From: Bryobacterales bacterium
GTDB lineage: Bacteria > Acidobacteriota > Terriglobia > Bryobacterales > UBA6623
Reading direction: 5' to 3'
DNA: 64,000 bases
NCBI GenBank assembly: GCA_965205595.1
Contig: CBDBHI010000028.1
Span: 10,903-74,902 of the forward strand
The position numbers were made by a program, and so were the translations under genes. Positions 10,456 through 19,718 of this stretch are shown here, piece by piece; within the stretch, counting starts at the first letter, position 1; every line of letters starts with the position of its first letter. The notes below the pieces were generated by a model. That model was not told where the DNA came from and did not search any database. It was given only the letters and a program-made list of their open reading frames with translations.

Positions 10456-11979
10456 TCAATCTCCGGCCCGTACCAAACCTTGAGGACCCCGTGGCGTTAG
10501 CTGCTCCTCATCTCGATAAGCCATCTTGATCTTCGTCAAGTCGTCGTGTCGAATCGTTCGCCGAACCACCATCGGGTCGATTCCGTACAAGCGGGCCGCG
10601 TTCAAGCCAAAAATCTTAGCCTTGTCGCCGTTCGACAACTTCGAGTAGCCAAACTTTTCGCAAAGCTCATCCGTAATCTGAAACCGCTTGAAGGCGTCGA
10701 TACACCACTGCGGCGAGCCCCACCAAATGCAGTCCGTCCCCCACAGAACCTTGTCGATGCCATAGTGCTTGATGTTCTTGCCCATCAGATGCATAGCCAT
10801 CACGGGATGGCTGATCGCCAACGTTCCGAAAGCACTGCCGATCTCGCAATAGACGTTGTTCATCGCCGGGTTCCGTCTCTTGATGTCCATCAAGACGTTG
10901 TGCCACTCGAAGTCACCACTCGTTGGATCGAAGAATCCCGGCTCGTCGAATTGAGGCTCCGTCGGACCATGCTTTAGCGCCGAGTGAAAAACCACGAACG
11001 TCAAGTCAGGGTTATCGAGAGCCGCCCTTTCAACGTCCTTTGGATTCGCTAGATGCCCGTACCTTGATGACTGCGACGCGTATCCTTTGTGAACGCAAAC
11101 CGTCTTCTGCCCTAGCTCGCGAGCTACTTCGTAGAAGTAAGCCGACGCTCCGTCGTCTAACTGAAACCCGTTGCCCGACCGCGCCGGATCGAAGTGGCAA
11201 TAGAAATTCCAGGCGCAGGTCTTGTACTTCTCGACTTCGCGAATCATCTGCTCTTTGAGGGCAACCTTATCCTGCTGATTCGCAACGTCGTCCCAGTAGT
11301 GATTCGGAGCGCAATTGCTTTGCGCCAATGCACGTTGGCCGCCGGTTATCGAATTGATGTCGTCGCGACGTTCGGCCATCAGCCAACTCGGCGCGATCCC
11401 GCCTCCTCGTTCCACGCCTTCAAGCAGCGCACCGTCGTCGCCTAGATTCTTCTCGCGGCCCGGTAACCCTGACAGCACAACCATGTCGGTCTCTGACTCT
11501 AGAAACATCTCCTGGAAAAACGTGCGAAAGCTGTACGCCGCCGGGTCGTCAGTCAGCCGGAATCCCATGTCGCGCATAAACGCCGACTCGCGGAACTTCA
11601 ATGCAACGCCATTCGTGAAGTGAGAGTTGACATCGAAAATGAAATGCTCGCCCTTCGGCCACTTCGCCTCGATCGCAACCGCTTCGAACATTTCCTCGCG
11701 ATCAACCTGCCAATAGCGCTGTCCGTAAACTTCGTTCGAAGCCCAAAAAACTGTTGCCAGCCCCATGCCAGTCCGCATGAAAGCTCGCCGATCCATTCCG
11801 ATTGTTTTAGAATTCGCTGACGCCAGCTCACCAATACGGTGTTCCCACTCGCCCTGGCACCCACTCTGTGGCCTTGGCGAAATCTCGCTATTTGAAACGA
11901 CCTGCGTCGGTACAGGCGAATCGACGCCCTTAGCCAGGTCGCGCCGCCACTTCGGAATCCAAGCTGAACGCCGGCTCAT
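10456..11979 (-). CDS. Amidohydrolase-family (TIM-barrel) protein
   Basis: FDVNSH, CVHKG, FHS, NVYCEIG, LWGTD, KIFGLNAARLY motifs. Confidence 0.85.
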   Translation of the reverse strand: MSRRSAWIPKWRRDLAKGVDSPVPTQVVSNSEISPRPQSGCQGEWEHRIGELASANSKTIGMDRRAFMRTGMGLATVFWASNEVYGQRYWQVDREEMFEAVAIEAKWPKGEHFIFDVNSHFTNGVALKFRESAFMRDMGFRLTDDPAAYSFRTFFQEMFLESETDMVVLSGLPGREKNLGDDGALLEGVERGGGIAPSWLMAERRDDINSITGGQRALAQSNCAPNHYWDDVANQQDKVALKEQMIREVEKYKTCAWNFYCHFDPARSGNGFQLDDGASAYFYEVARELGQKTVCVHKGYASQSSRYGHLANPKDVERAALDNPDLTFVVFHSALKHGPTEPQFDEPGFFDPTSGDFEWHNVLMDIKRRNPAMNNVYCEIGSAFGTLAISHPVMAMHLMGKNIKHYGIDKVLWGTDCIWWGSPQWCIDAFKRFQITDELCEKFGYSKLSNGDKAKIFGLNAARLYGIDPMVVRRTIRHDDLTKIKMAYRDEEQLTPRGPQGLVRAGD

Positions 11980-12053
11980 CTCACTTCACCCGTCCGAAGT
12001 ATCATAGGATCTTTGCCCGAGTTGCCGTTGGCTCGGGCGCGGAGCTTTCATTC

Positions 12054-13055
12054 GTGTCAGCAACCCAAACACGCGCCAAGATTACCGCCGTCGGCTGCTA
12101 CGTCCCACCAAAAATTTTAACCAACGACGACCTCGCGGATATCATCGAGACGACCAACGATTGGATCATGACGCGTACCGGCATACGCGAACGCCACATT
12201 GCCGTGGAAGGTACTGCTACGTCTGACCTTGCCACCGAAGCAGCGAAGAAAGTCTTGGCCAAAGTTGGAATCGCGCCCACTGACATCGAAGCGATCATCG
12301 TCTGCACCGTAACGCCCGACATGCTGTTTCCCTCTACAGCGTGCCTCGTGCAAGACAAACTCGGAGCCACCGGCGCCTGGGGCTTCGATTTGGTCGCCGC
12401 TTGCTCCGGCCTGCTCTACGGCCTCACCGCTGCCTCGCAATTCGTCGTCACCGGTAATCACAAGCGAGTGCTCGTGATTGGAGCCGACACGATGTCGCGC
12501 ATCGTCGACTACCAAGATCGCGCCACTTGCGTTCTCTTCGGAGACGGCGCCGGCGCATTCCTCATCGAACCCACCGACAACGACGACGAGGGTCTCATCG
12601 ACTTTATTCACGAGGTCGACGGCTCCGGCGGATCATACCTCTGCATGCCGGCCGGCGGTAGCGCGAAACCCGCATCGCATGAAACGGTAGATGCGCGTCA
12701 ACACTTCGTTCACCAAGAAGGCCGCCAAGTCTACCGCTACGCAGTGAACAAGATGCATGAGCTATGCAGCACGCTGCTCGATAGAAACGGACTCACCATC
12801 GACGATGTGGACTGGTTGATTCCACATCAAGCCAACAAGCGCATCATTACCGCGGTTGCCGAACGCCTGAATCTACCACTCGATAAAGCGGTCATCAACA
12901 TCGACAAATTTGGCAACACCACCGGAGGCACGATCCCTCTGGCAACAAACGATGCGATTGAATCCGGACGCTTAAAGAAAGGCAACCTCGTCTTGATGGC
13001 GGCCGTGGGCGCCGGCTTTACCGCCGGTGCGGCGCTGTGGCGTTGGAGCTACTAG
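12054..13055 (+). CDS. fabH: 3-oxoacyl-ACP synthase III
   Basis: AACSG, LFGDGAGA, PHQAN, GNT catalytic motifs. Confidence 0.96.
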   Translation: MSATQTRAKITAVGCYVPPKILTNDDLADIIETTNDWIMTRTGIRERHIAVEGTATSDLATEAAKKVLAKVGIAPTDIEAIIVCTVTPDMLFPSTACLVQDKLGATGAWGFDLVAACSGLLYGLTAASQFVVTGNHKRVLVIGADTMSRIVDYQDRATCVLFGDGAGAFLIEPTDNDDEGLIDFIHEVDGSGGSYLCMPAGGSAKPASHETVDARQHFVHQEGRQVYRYAVNKMHELCSTLLDRNGLTIDDVDWLIPHQANKRIITAVAERLNLPLDKAVINIDKFGNTTGGTIPLATNDAIESGRLKKGNLVLMAAVGAGFTAGAALWRWSY

Positions 13056-13365
13056 TCAACCACAGGCGCACTACAGCGACGGCGCCGCCGCGTCGATCAT
13101 TTCAACGAAGACTTGTTTTATAGGCACTGAGTACTTCGAGTCCGACAATTCTCGTGAACCAATCACGACAGATCGCGTTCGATTCGCACAGTCGTCACAA
13201 AAACAATATTCAGAAAAATGTTTCAATCACACCGCGAGTCGTGATAAAACAGAACTGATGAGGAACGTTGTAGTAATCTGTTCGCAAGGATACTGCCAGG
13301 CCTCGTAAACGCGCGCTCGCGATTCAACGCGATCGTCAATCCAACTCAAAGAGAGGATAGTGAAT

Positions 13366-13593
13366 ATGGCGAAGAAAGCAGCCAAGAAAGCCGCGAAAAA
13401 AGCTGCCCCGAAAAAAGCAGTGAAGAAGGCAGCTCCGAAGAAGGCAGCTAAGAAGAAGGCAGCACCGAAAAAAGCCGCCAAGAAAAAAGCTGCCCCAAAG
13501 AAGGTAGTAAAGAAGGCAGCACCGAAGAAGGCAGCGAAGAAGGCCGCCCCGAAAAAAGCCGCCAAGAAGAAAGCTGCAAAAAAGAAGAAGTAG
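13366..13593 (+). CDS. Histone H1-like Lys/Ala/Pro-repeat protein
   Basis: Almost entirely KKAA(P)K repeats encoded with varied synonymous codons; GAGG RBS upstream; terminator downstream. Confidence 0.85.
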   Translation: MAKKAAKKAAKKAAPKKAVKKAAPKKAAKKKAAPKKAAKKKAAPKKVVKKAAPKKAAKKAAPKKAAKKKAAKKKK

Positions 13594-13647
13594 CCATTGA
13601 GCCCGCGAACCCGCGTAGGGTTCTAAGACTCGTCAGACTGCTTCCAA

Positions 13648-13684
13648 CGGCAGCGATCCCACGGGCGGGGTCGCTGTTTTTTTT
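13648..13684 (+). terminator. Rho-independent terminator of the H1-like gene
   Basis: Stem GCAGCGATCCC / GGGGTCGCTGT followed by a T run. Confidence 0.85.
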
Positions 13685-13737
13685 GTGCCCAAATCGCGTA
13701 CTCTAGAGCAATTTCTGGAGACTAGATTCCGTTCTCC

Positions 13738-13894
13738 AAAATCGGAGGCGCGACTGTAAAGGAGTGCGGTGGCGAAGCAGCTTTCTGTAATACGTTGAGT
13801 TAGGATCTGCTGATCATTCCTCAAAAGAGCCCGACTCATTTTTTCGAGTCAACCCTCCGCCACCGCACGCCATTACAGTCGCGCCTCCGATTTT
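13738..13894. repeat. 37-bp imperfect inverted repeat pair (REP/MITE-like)
   Basis: 13738-13774 is the reverse complement of 13858-13894 with 2 mismatches. Confidence 0.85.
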
Positions 13895-13986
13895 CACGGG
13901 CTTAGTGCTGCGGCAAGCAGCCTATGCCATTCCCGAAAATGCTTTAGCCGTCGGGGGGTGAGCAATGCGGGCTGGCCGACCCGCCG

Positions 13987-15495
13987 TTACGCCTTGGCGG
14001 GTAGCGTATCCACGTGATTGCCAGCCGCGTCGACCGCGCGGACCTTGTAATACAATCCGCCGCTTGCGCCACGCGGCGCGCTTTTATCCTCGAAAACAAA
14101 CGGGTCGCGAGTCGTCTGCGGACGGAACGCCACTACGCCGATCCGTTCGTGACGGCGGTAAATCTCATACTGCTCAATCGGATCTCCCGCCGCGTAGGCG
14201 GAGTGCCAACTCACCGTGACGTGACCGTCTGACTTACGCTCGACCGCAAAGTCCTGCGCCTCTTGAAAACCACCCGACGTCTGCTGAAAGAAGTTTGTGC
14301 GCGTGCCGTGCAGTTCGGCGACAGTCTGTTCGATATCTTTCTTCTCGCGCGCGGTTAAGCGGCTGGCCACCTGCGCCGCCGCCAAATTCGCGACTACCTG
14401 ATCGCGTTTCGGATCGTTGTTCTTATCGATCAGTCCGATGCCGGTGATAATCGTCGACATCCCTTCGGGGTTCAACGAATACCGAATGAAATCTTCATAG
14501 GGAAGTTTGTCCGGTTGCCCAACCGTCAGTACGCTCTGGCCGGGTCTGTGCGCGTACTGCTGCTGAAGTCCGTACATCACGCCGTCGGCAAAAACTTTCA
14601 TTCCGATTACACCCATGCCCTTAGCGTTTGCCACGGGGATCGAATTGGTCTGATGACAGAAGTAGCGTGGGTCGTTTGGATTCGCGACAACCAGCAGCGT
14701 ATCCAAAATATTCCGCGTGTCGCGCTGAATCGCATACATGTGAACGGCCGGGTTCTCGTGCCCAGTAATTCCGATGTGGCGAATCCACTTGCGGTGATCC
14801 GGATTCAACCCAGTGCGGTTTGTGCCGTCGCGATAGTCCAACAAGCCGGCCAGCGCGCCTACGCGAGGGACCGACTTGTCACCAGGGTTGTCCAATCCTT
14901 CGTAGACGGCATCGACGTCTTCCTTGCTGCCGATGTGATGCACCTGCATCAAGTCGAGATATGCGCCTTCGGGAATATAGCCCTTACCGTCGCCGAAAAA
15001 CTGCGTGAGAGAACGCTTGATATCGTCCACCACGAATGTGCCTCCGCCCGACGATCGGCCCATCGGCTTTGACCCATCACGAACGAGCGAATGACGCAAC
15101 CCGGTCTTTGAGGCAATAAACAGTCGCGCCCGCAAGCTATGGTCGTAACCCGGCTTGCCTGGCTTGAGGTTCAACACTTCGAATGCCTTACCGTACTTTT
15201 CTTGGCTCAGAAAATAATTGTTTGCGGTCTCGAGATAGGTAATCCCGGCGCGAACCGCCTTCACGACGATCTGCACTGCTTCATCGCCCGGCAAGTCCCA
15301 CTGGATCTTGTTGCCGCCGGCAAGCCCGTAGCTGGTGACCTCGCGCCCGGTACGTCCGAGCATGCGCGTAGCAAGCATCTTTTCCGCCGGATGCGCCCAA
15401 GCGCTAAACTTGCCCGTCATCGAAAGAAAAGTCGTCGCCATCGCCGCGCCGCCGGCCCAGCGCAAAGCATCCCGTCGTGAAAATCGATTCGCCAT
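13987..15495 (-). CDS. Tat-exported aldo/keto reductase with C-terminal FN3-like domain
   Basis: SRRDAL leader; RMLGRTG, YLETANNY, YLDLMQVH, IGITGH, GMKVF; C-terminal YYKVRAVDAAGN. Confidence 0.82.
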   Translation of the reverse strand: MANRFSRRDALRWAGGAAMATTFLSMTGKFSAWAHPAEKMLATRMLGRTGREVTSYGLAGGNKIQWDLPGDEAVQIVVKAVRAGITYLETANNYFLSQEKYGKAFEVLNLKPGKPGYDHSLRARLFIASKTGLRHSLVRDGSKPMGRSSGGGTFVVDDIKRSLTQFFGDGKGYIPEGAYLDLMQVHHIGSKEDVDAVYEGLDNPGDKSVPRVGALAGLLDYRDGTNRTGLNPDHRKWIRHIGITGHENPAVHMYAIQRDTRNILDTLLVVANPNDPRYFCHQTNSIPVANAKGMGVIGMKVFADGVMYGLQQQYAHRPGQSVLTVGQPDKLPYEDFIRYSLNPEGMSTIITGIGLIDKNNDPKRDQVVANLAAAQVASRLTAREKKDIEQTVAELHGTRTNFFQQTSGGFQEAQDFAVERKSDGHVTVSWHSAYAAGDPIEQYEIYRRHERIGVVAFRPQTTRDPFVFEDKSAPRGASGGLYYKVRAVDAAGNHVDTLPAKA

Positions 15496-15745
15496 TTTTT
15501 CTTGCCTCGCCGCGAGTGTTTCGCCGCCTTTTGGACTTTAGCATGACGACCCCCGTGGCATTCTAGAAAGGAGCGCACTCCGCGCCAACCGATAGACGCC
15601 ACGCAATGACGGATAACTCCCATGGAAAGGGTAGTAGCGTAACGTGCTACGTCCGCAAGCTTCCCGGAGCAGTGATGCTTCCAGAACTCCGCCCGTCAGC
15701 GGCAATCCAATCTCCTGCTCTTGATTTGAAGGCCGCCCACGAGCC

Positions 15746-15919
15746 ATGCAAGACCTCCTAATCAACGTCGCCCTAGTTGTCGCTATCGCAGGCTCTGGCG
15801 CCGTCTTCACCCAGATCTACTGCAAGCTCGCATACTACACCTGCGCCAATTGCAAGAGTCTCAACGCGAAGCGCCGCAACCAGTGCCGCAATTGCGCCGC
15901 GCCTTTGGGAGATGAATGA
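15746..15919 (+). CDS. 57-aa membrane-anchored Zn-ribbon protein (not in ORF track)
   Basis: MQDLLINVALVVAIAGSGAVFTQIYCKLAYYTCANCKSLNAKRRNQCRNCAAPLGDE; stop overlaps the next start (ATGA). Confidence 0.7.
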   Translation: MQDLLINVALVVAIAGSGAVFTQIYCKLAYYTCANCKSLNAKRRNQCRNCAAPLGDE

Positions 15920-16743
15920 AGAGGGTTCCCAAGTTCGTTGGGCTGGCGATCCATCGATCGTTGGCCCACAAGCTGCCTATCCTCGCCAAGGCCGCCGGGT
16001 TCTCGTCGACGATGTCGCTATTCCCAGCGCTGATATTCATAACAGCGTTGTTTTTTCGCAGCAGCCTAGGACGCTCTCTCATTGAACAGGTTTCAACCGC
16101 ACTCGCCGAAGTCGCCCCCGCCAACGTCCACGAGTTACTAACCGCTTTTCTGGGTGGAGGCAGCGCGGGTTCCAACTACTTAATCGTCACTACGGGTTTC
16201 GCCGCTTTTTGGTTCGCGAAAGATGTTAACTACATCCTGATCGAAGGATTCCGCCGAGCCTACGAACTTCCAGAGCGAAAAGCCTGGTGGAGTGACATCG
16301 CCGTGGCGTCGATATTGGTGTTCCTCACCGTAGTGCCGTTTGGAGTCGCTAGCGTTTTTCTAGTCTTCACCAGCCAGATACGCGATCGCTTGCTGCCCTT
16401 CTTGGGGTTCGATGGAAGCATCAGCGGCGTCTTCGCCATCAGCGGATGGTTAATCGCCTTCGCCACGATCGTGCTAATCATCGCGACGCTCTACTACGTT
16501 GCGCCCAATCGCAAGCAACGTTGGCGCCTCGTCTTTCCAGGAGCGCTCATCGCAACCGCTCTGTGGTTTCTCTCCACGTCGCTATTCACGTGGTACGTCC
16601 AACATCTTGCGCACTACAGCGATCTTTATGGCTCGGCCTCAACCGTCATCGTGCTGCTGATCTGGGTTTACATAGCAAACCTAGTCATCCTGATCGGCTG
16701 CGAATACAACGCCGTTCGCGAACTGCGCCTATCTACAACGTAG
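15916..16743 (+). CDS. YihY/virulence factor BrkB family membrane protein
   Basis: SLFPAL, LYYVAPN, PGALIAT, YGSASTVIVLLIWVY...IGCEYN motifs. Confidence 0.9.
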   Translation: MKRVPKFVGLAIHRSLAHKLPILAKAAGFSSTMSLFPALIFITALFFRSSLGRSLIEQVSTALAEVAPANVHELLTAFLGGGSAGSNYLIVTTGFAAFWFAKDVNYILIEGFRRAYELPERKAWWSDIAVASILVFLTVVPFGVASVFLVFTSQIRDRLLPFLGFDGSISGVFAISGWLIAFATIVLIIATLYYVAPNRKQRWRLVFPGALIATALWFLSTSLFTWYVQHLAHYSDLYGSASTVIVLLIWVYIANLVILIGCEYNAVRELRLSTT

Positions 16744-16912
16744 TCCCACAGAACTTACAACACTTCGCATCGGTATCATGCCCTTCGCTGCCGCATGAGG
16801 GACACGCCTGGGTACTTACCGGCTCATGCCTTTGAATCGCCAACTCGGCCGACATGATGCCCGTAGGCACGGCGATGATTCCGTAACCCAAAATCATCAG
16901 GACCGCCGCAAG

Positions 16913-18487
16913 CGTCTTGTCCAATACAAGATGAGCCTGACGGGGATCCGTTGGGTGGTCAGGAACAGAGCAGCTGCGGGCGATGGGAGTCGCCGTGCAG
17001 CAAGCCGAATCGCTGAGTCTGGAGCAGATCGAGTGTTTTCTCGACGGGTGCCAATCCGTCGCCTTCGAGGGCGGCAATCGAAGCGACAAATATGCGCTCG
17101 TCGAAAGCGTCTTGAAGCGGCATCACTATGCCGACCAGAAGCGCTCCGTCAAGGGTCTCCTGCGGCGTTATCTCGCTAAGCTCACGGGCTTAAGCCGCGC
17201 GCAACTCACCCGCCTGATCGGACAGTTCTTGCACACGCGTTGCGTCCGTCCGAGGGCCTATCGGCGGCGCCGTTTTCCCAGCAAGTACACACGCGCCGAC
17301 AGCGTCTTACTGGCGCACGTCGATCGAGTTCATCAGCGCCTCTCGGGGCCGGCCACCCGCCGCATTCTCCAACGCGAGTTCCAGATCTACGGCCGCAAAG
17401 AGTTTCGACGCCTGGCCGAATTGTCCGTGGGCCAGCTGTACAACTTGCGAAAAAGAGCCGTCTACCAACGTCACAGTTTGCATCTCGACAAGACCCGTCC
17501 CACGCCCGTGGCGATCGGCGAACGCCGCCAACCCGAGCCGCGAGGACGTCCGGGCTACCTGCGCATCGACACCGTGCACTCGCCCGAACAGGAAGGCGAA
17601 AAAGGCGCCTACAGCATCAATGTGGTCGACGAAGTGACGCAGTGGCAGGCCGTCGGCTGCGTCCAACGCATCAACGAAAATCACCTCATTCCCTTGCTGG
17701 AAGGGCTTTTGGAACAATTTCCATTTATCGTTCGCGGCTTTCACTCCGACAATGGCAGCGAATTCGTCAACCATCAAACCGCTAAACTGCTCGAGAAGTT
17801 GCGAATTGAATTTACGAAGTCTCGCGCGCGCCGTTCGAACGACAATGCCTTGGTCGAAACCAAGAACGGCGCGGTGGTGCGCAAGTGGATGGGCTACCAG
17901 TTTTTGCCCTCGGAAGCGACGCAGGCGATCGACACCTTCTACCGCCAGTGGCTCAACCCGTACTTGAATTTTCATCGCCCATGCGCTTTCGCCAGCGAGC
18001 GCCGAGACCGCCGCGGCAAGTTGCGCAAGGTGTACGCCGAGTGGAGCACGCCGTGGGAAAAGCTGCTCAGCCTGCCCGCCGAGCAGCGCGGCCTGCGCGC
18101 GGATCGCTCGCTCAAGAAGCTCCAAGCGCGAGCGGACACTTGTTCCGACACCGAGTTTGCCGAGCAACTCGACGCTCAGCGCAACGAACTGCAACGCGTC
18201 TGCAAAGACCTCGCGATCTGCTGGCGCACGCGCTAGACAACGCCCCGACCCGAGGCGTTGTCGGCTCCTCCGGCCCACGTCCGAAGACGGCCGTGGGGTC
18301 TCGCCTGGGATGGCTGCAAAGGGGGACTGGGGCTGCCGCCCCTTCCCCCTTATGCAATCCCCCTCACCCCGCCCTACGGGCCCCACAACGGGCTTCAACC
18401 TCAAGCCCCAATCCGAGCTATAATCCCTCCTGCCCACAGCTACCTTCGCCTGCCTCCTGCAGGCTCATCTTTCGATTGGAAAAGAGG
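16913..18487 (+). mobile_element. IS element, copy 1 (DDE/rve integrase-type transposase; ISNCY/IS481-like, family uncertain)
   Basis: Imperfect IRs CGTCTTGTCCAATACAAGATGAGCCTG / CAGGCTCATCTTTCGATTGGAAAAGAGG; 4-bp TSD CAAG at 16909-16912 and 18488-18491. Confidence 0.92.
16983..18236 (+). CDS. DDE transposase (integrase core)
   Basis: RIDTVH, FHSDNGSEF, DNALVETKN catalytic triad. Confidence 0.93.
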   Translation: MGVAVQQAESLSLEQIECFLDGCQSVAFEGGNRSDKYALVESVLKRHHYADQKRSVKGLLRRYLAKLTGLSRAQLTRLIGQFLHTRCVRPRAYRRRRFPSKYTRADSVLLAHVDRVHQRLSGPATRRILQREFQIYGRKEFRRLAELSVGQLYNLRKRAVYQRHSLHLDKTRPTPVAIGERRQPEPRGRPGYLRIDTVHSPEQEGEKGAYSINVVDEVTQWQAVGCVQRINENHLIPLLEGLLEQFPFIVRGFHSDNGSEFVNHQTAKLLEKLRIEFTKSRARRSNDNALVETKNGAVVRKWMGYQFLPSEATQAIDTFYRQWLNPYLNFHRPCAFASERRDRRGKLRKVYAEWSTPWEKLLSLPAEQRGLRADRSLKKLQARADTCSDTEFAEQLDAQRNELQRVCKDLAICWRTR

Positions 18488-19254
18488 CAAGCACCTGACC
18501 AAACTCCGTCTGTGGGGCGATATCCCCATACCCCACCGTAGTTACGGTCACGATCGCCCAATAGACACTGCGGGGAATGCTGGTAAACCCGCTATCTTGT
18601 CCCCCTTCGATCAGATACATCAGCGTGCCCGCACAGACTGTGATTGCCACTACGGCGCCAAGAAAGACGGTAATTTTCGCCCGACTGGCCCGCGTTGCCG
18701 CCATCAACACCTCGGCCTCGCCGACATAGTGCGCGAGCTTCAATACGCGAAAGATTCGCAGCAGCCGAAACGCGCGAATCACGGCGAGAGACTGCGTAGC
18801 GCCGAAAAACAGACTTGCGTAAGTCGGCAGCACCGACAACAAGTCCACCACCCCAAAGAAACTCAGCGCGTACTTTAAAGGCCGCCGCACCGCATACAGA
18901 CGAAGCACGTATTCCGCCGTAAACAGCAAGGTAAAAAACCACTCCAACGCCCGCAGCGCGGCACAATATCGATCGCTGAATGCCGCCACGCTCTCAAGCA
19001 TCACCACCGTGACGCTAGCGACGATAGCCACCAGCAGAGCAACATCGAAGAGCTTACCGGCCGGCGTATCAGCCTCAAAGATAATCTCGTGCAAACGATG
19101 CGAAGCCATATTCCAGCGATTCAATCGTAGCAACCAAGCAAGAAATCCAACTGTCGCGTCGAATTCTCTCCCTACACCACACCGCGAGTCGAGGAGTGCG
19201 CTTTCAGCCCCGTTCCGTAGTCTCGGTAGTTCACGTAAACGCCACTCCCCAACC

Positions 19255-19278
19255 TTCCCTAGTAAACTAGTAGAGATT
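19255..19278. promoter_or_regulatory. Putative Rrf2 operator
   Basis: Imperfect palindrome TTCCCTAGTAAACTAGTAGAGATT directly upstream of the Rrf2 start; resembles IscR/CymR-type boxes. Confidence 0.5.
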
Positions 19279-19282
19279 CGTC

Positions 19283-19714
19283 ATGGATGTCTCTGTCAAA
19301 GGGGAATACGCGCTTCGCGCGGTCTTCGACCTCGCCTGCCGCGACGCTCCCGACCCGACCAAGATCGCTAGGATCGCCGAACGTCAAAAAATTCCCCAAA
19401 AGTTTCTTGAGCTGATCCTCTCCCAGCTCAAGCAGGGCGGCTACCTCAATTCAAAACGCGGCGCGGACGGTGGGTATTTGTTGGCCCGCCCAGCCGATCA
19501 AATTACTGTCGGCGACATTTTGCGAGTCATCGACGGGCCGGTACAACTCTCACGCCGTCCAATCGAAAACGAGTCCGCCGATTCGCCGTTTCCCGAAATG
19601 TGGAAGCGTGCCGAGCGTTCGCTTTCGAGCGTCATTGACAGAGTTACGTTCGCCGATCTTGTCGAACGCTGGAAGCAAAATCGCTCCAAGCGGGTCGTAA
19701 ACTGGGAGATCTAA
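19283..19714 (+). CDS. Rrf2 family transcriptional regulator (CymR-like)
   Basis: KGEYALRA...[10 protein letters not shown]...[11 protein letters not shown]; no Fe-S Cys cluster; upstream of cysK. Confidence 0.92.
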   Translation: MDVSVKGEYALRAVFDLACRDAPDPTKIARIAERQKIPQKFLELILSQLKQGGYLNSKRGADGGYLLARPADQITVGDILRVIDGPVQLSRRPIENESADSPFPEMWKRAERSLSSVIDRVTFADLVERWKQNRSKRVVNWEI

Positions 19715-19718
19715 ATCC

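Larger units (their letters stand above)
16733..19109 (-). pseudogene. Voltage-gated potassium channel (ion transporter) interrupted by an IS
   Basis: S4 RAFRLLRIFRVLK and TVGYGD filter; removing 16913-18487 plus one CAAG restores ...TEFGQVLAAVLMILGY... Confidence 0.92.

Noticed and set aside
13227-13565. AAFFG-repeat hydrophobic ORF
   Set aside because: Reverse complement of the H1-like gene, which has the RBS and terminator.
17307-18437. 376-aa minus-strand ORF (and 53923-55089)
   Set aside because: Antisense shadow of the transposase; its ends differ between the two copies.
16908-18492. Apparent 6-bp TSD GCAAGC
   Set aside because: Copy 2 shows that the terminal C and G belong to the element; only a 4-bp TSD fits both insertions.
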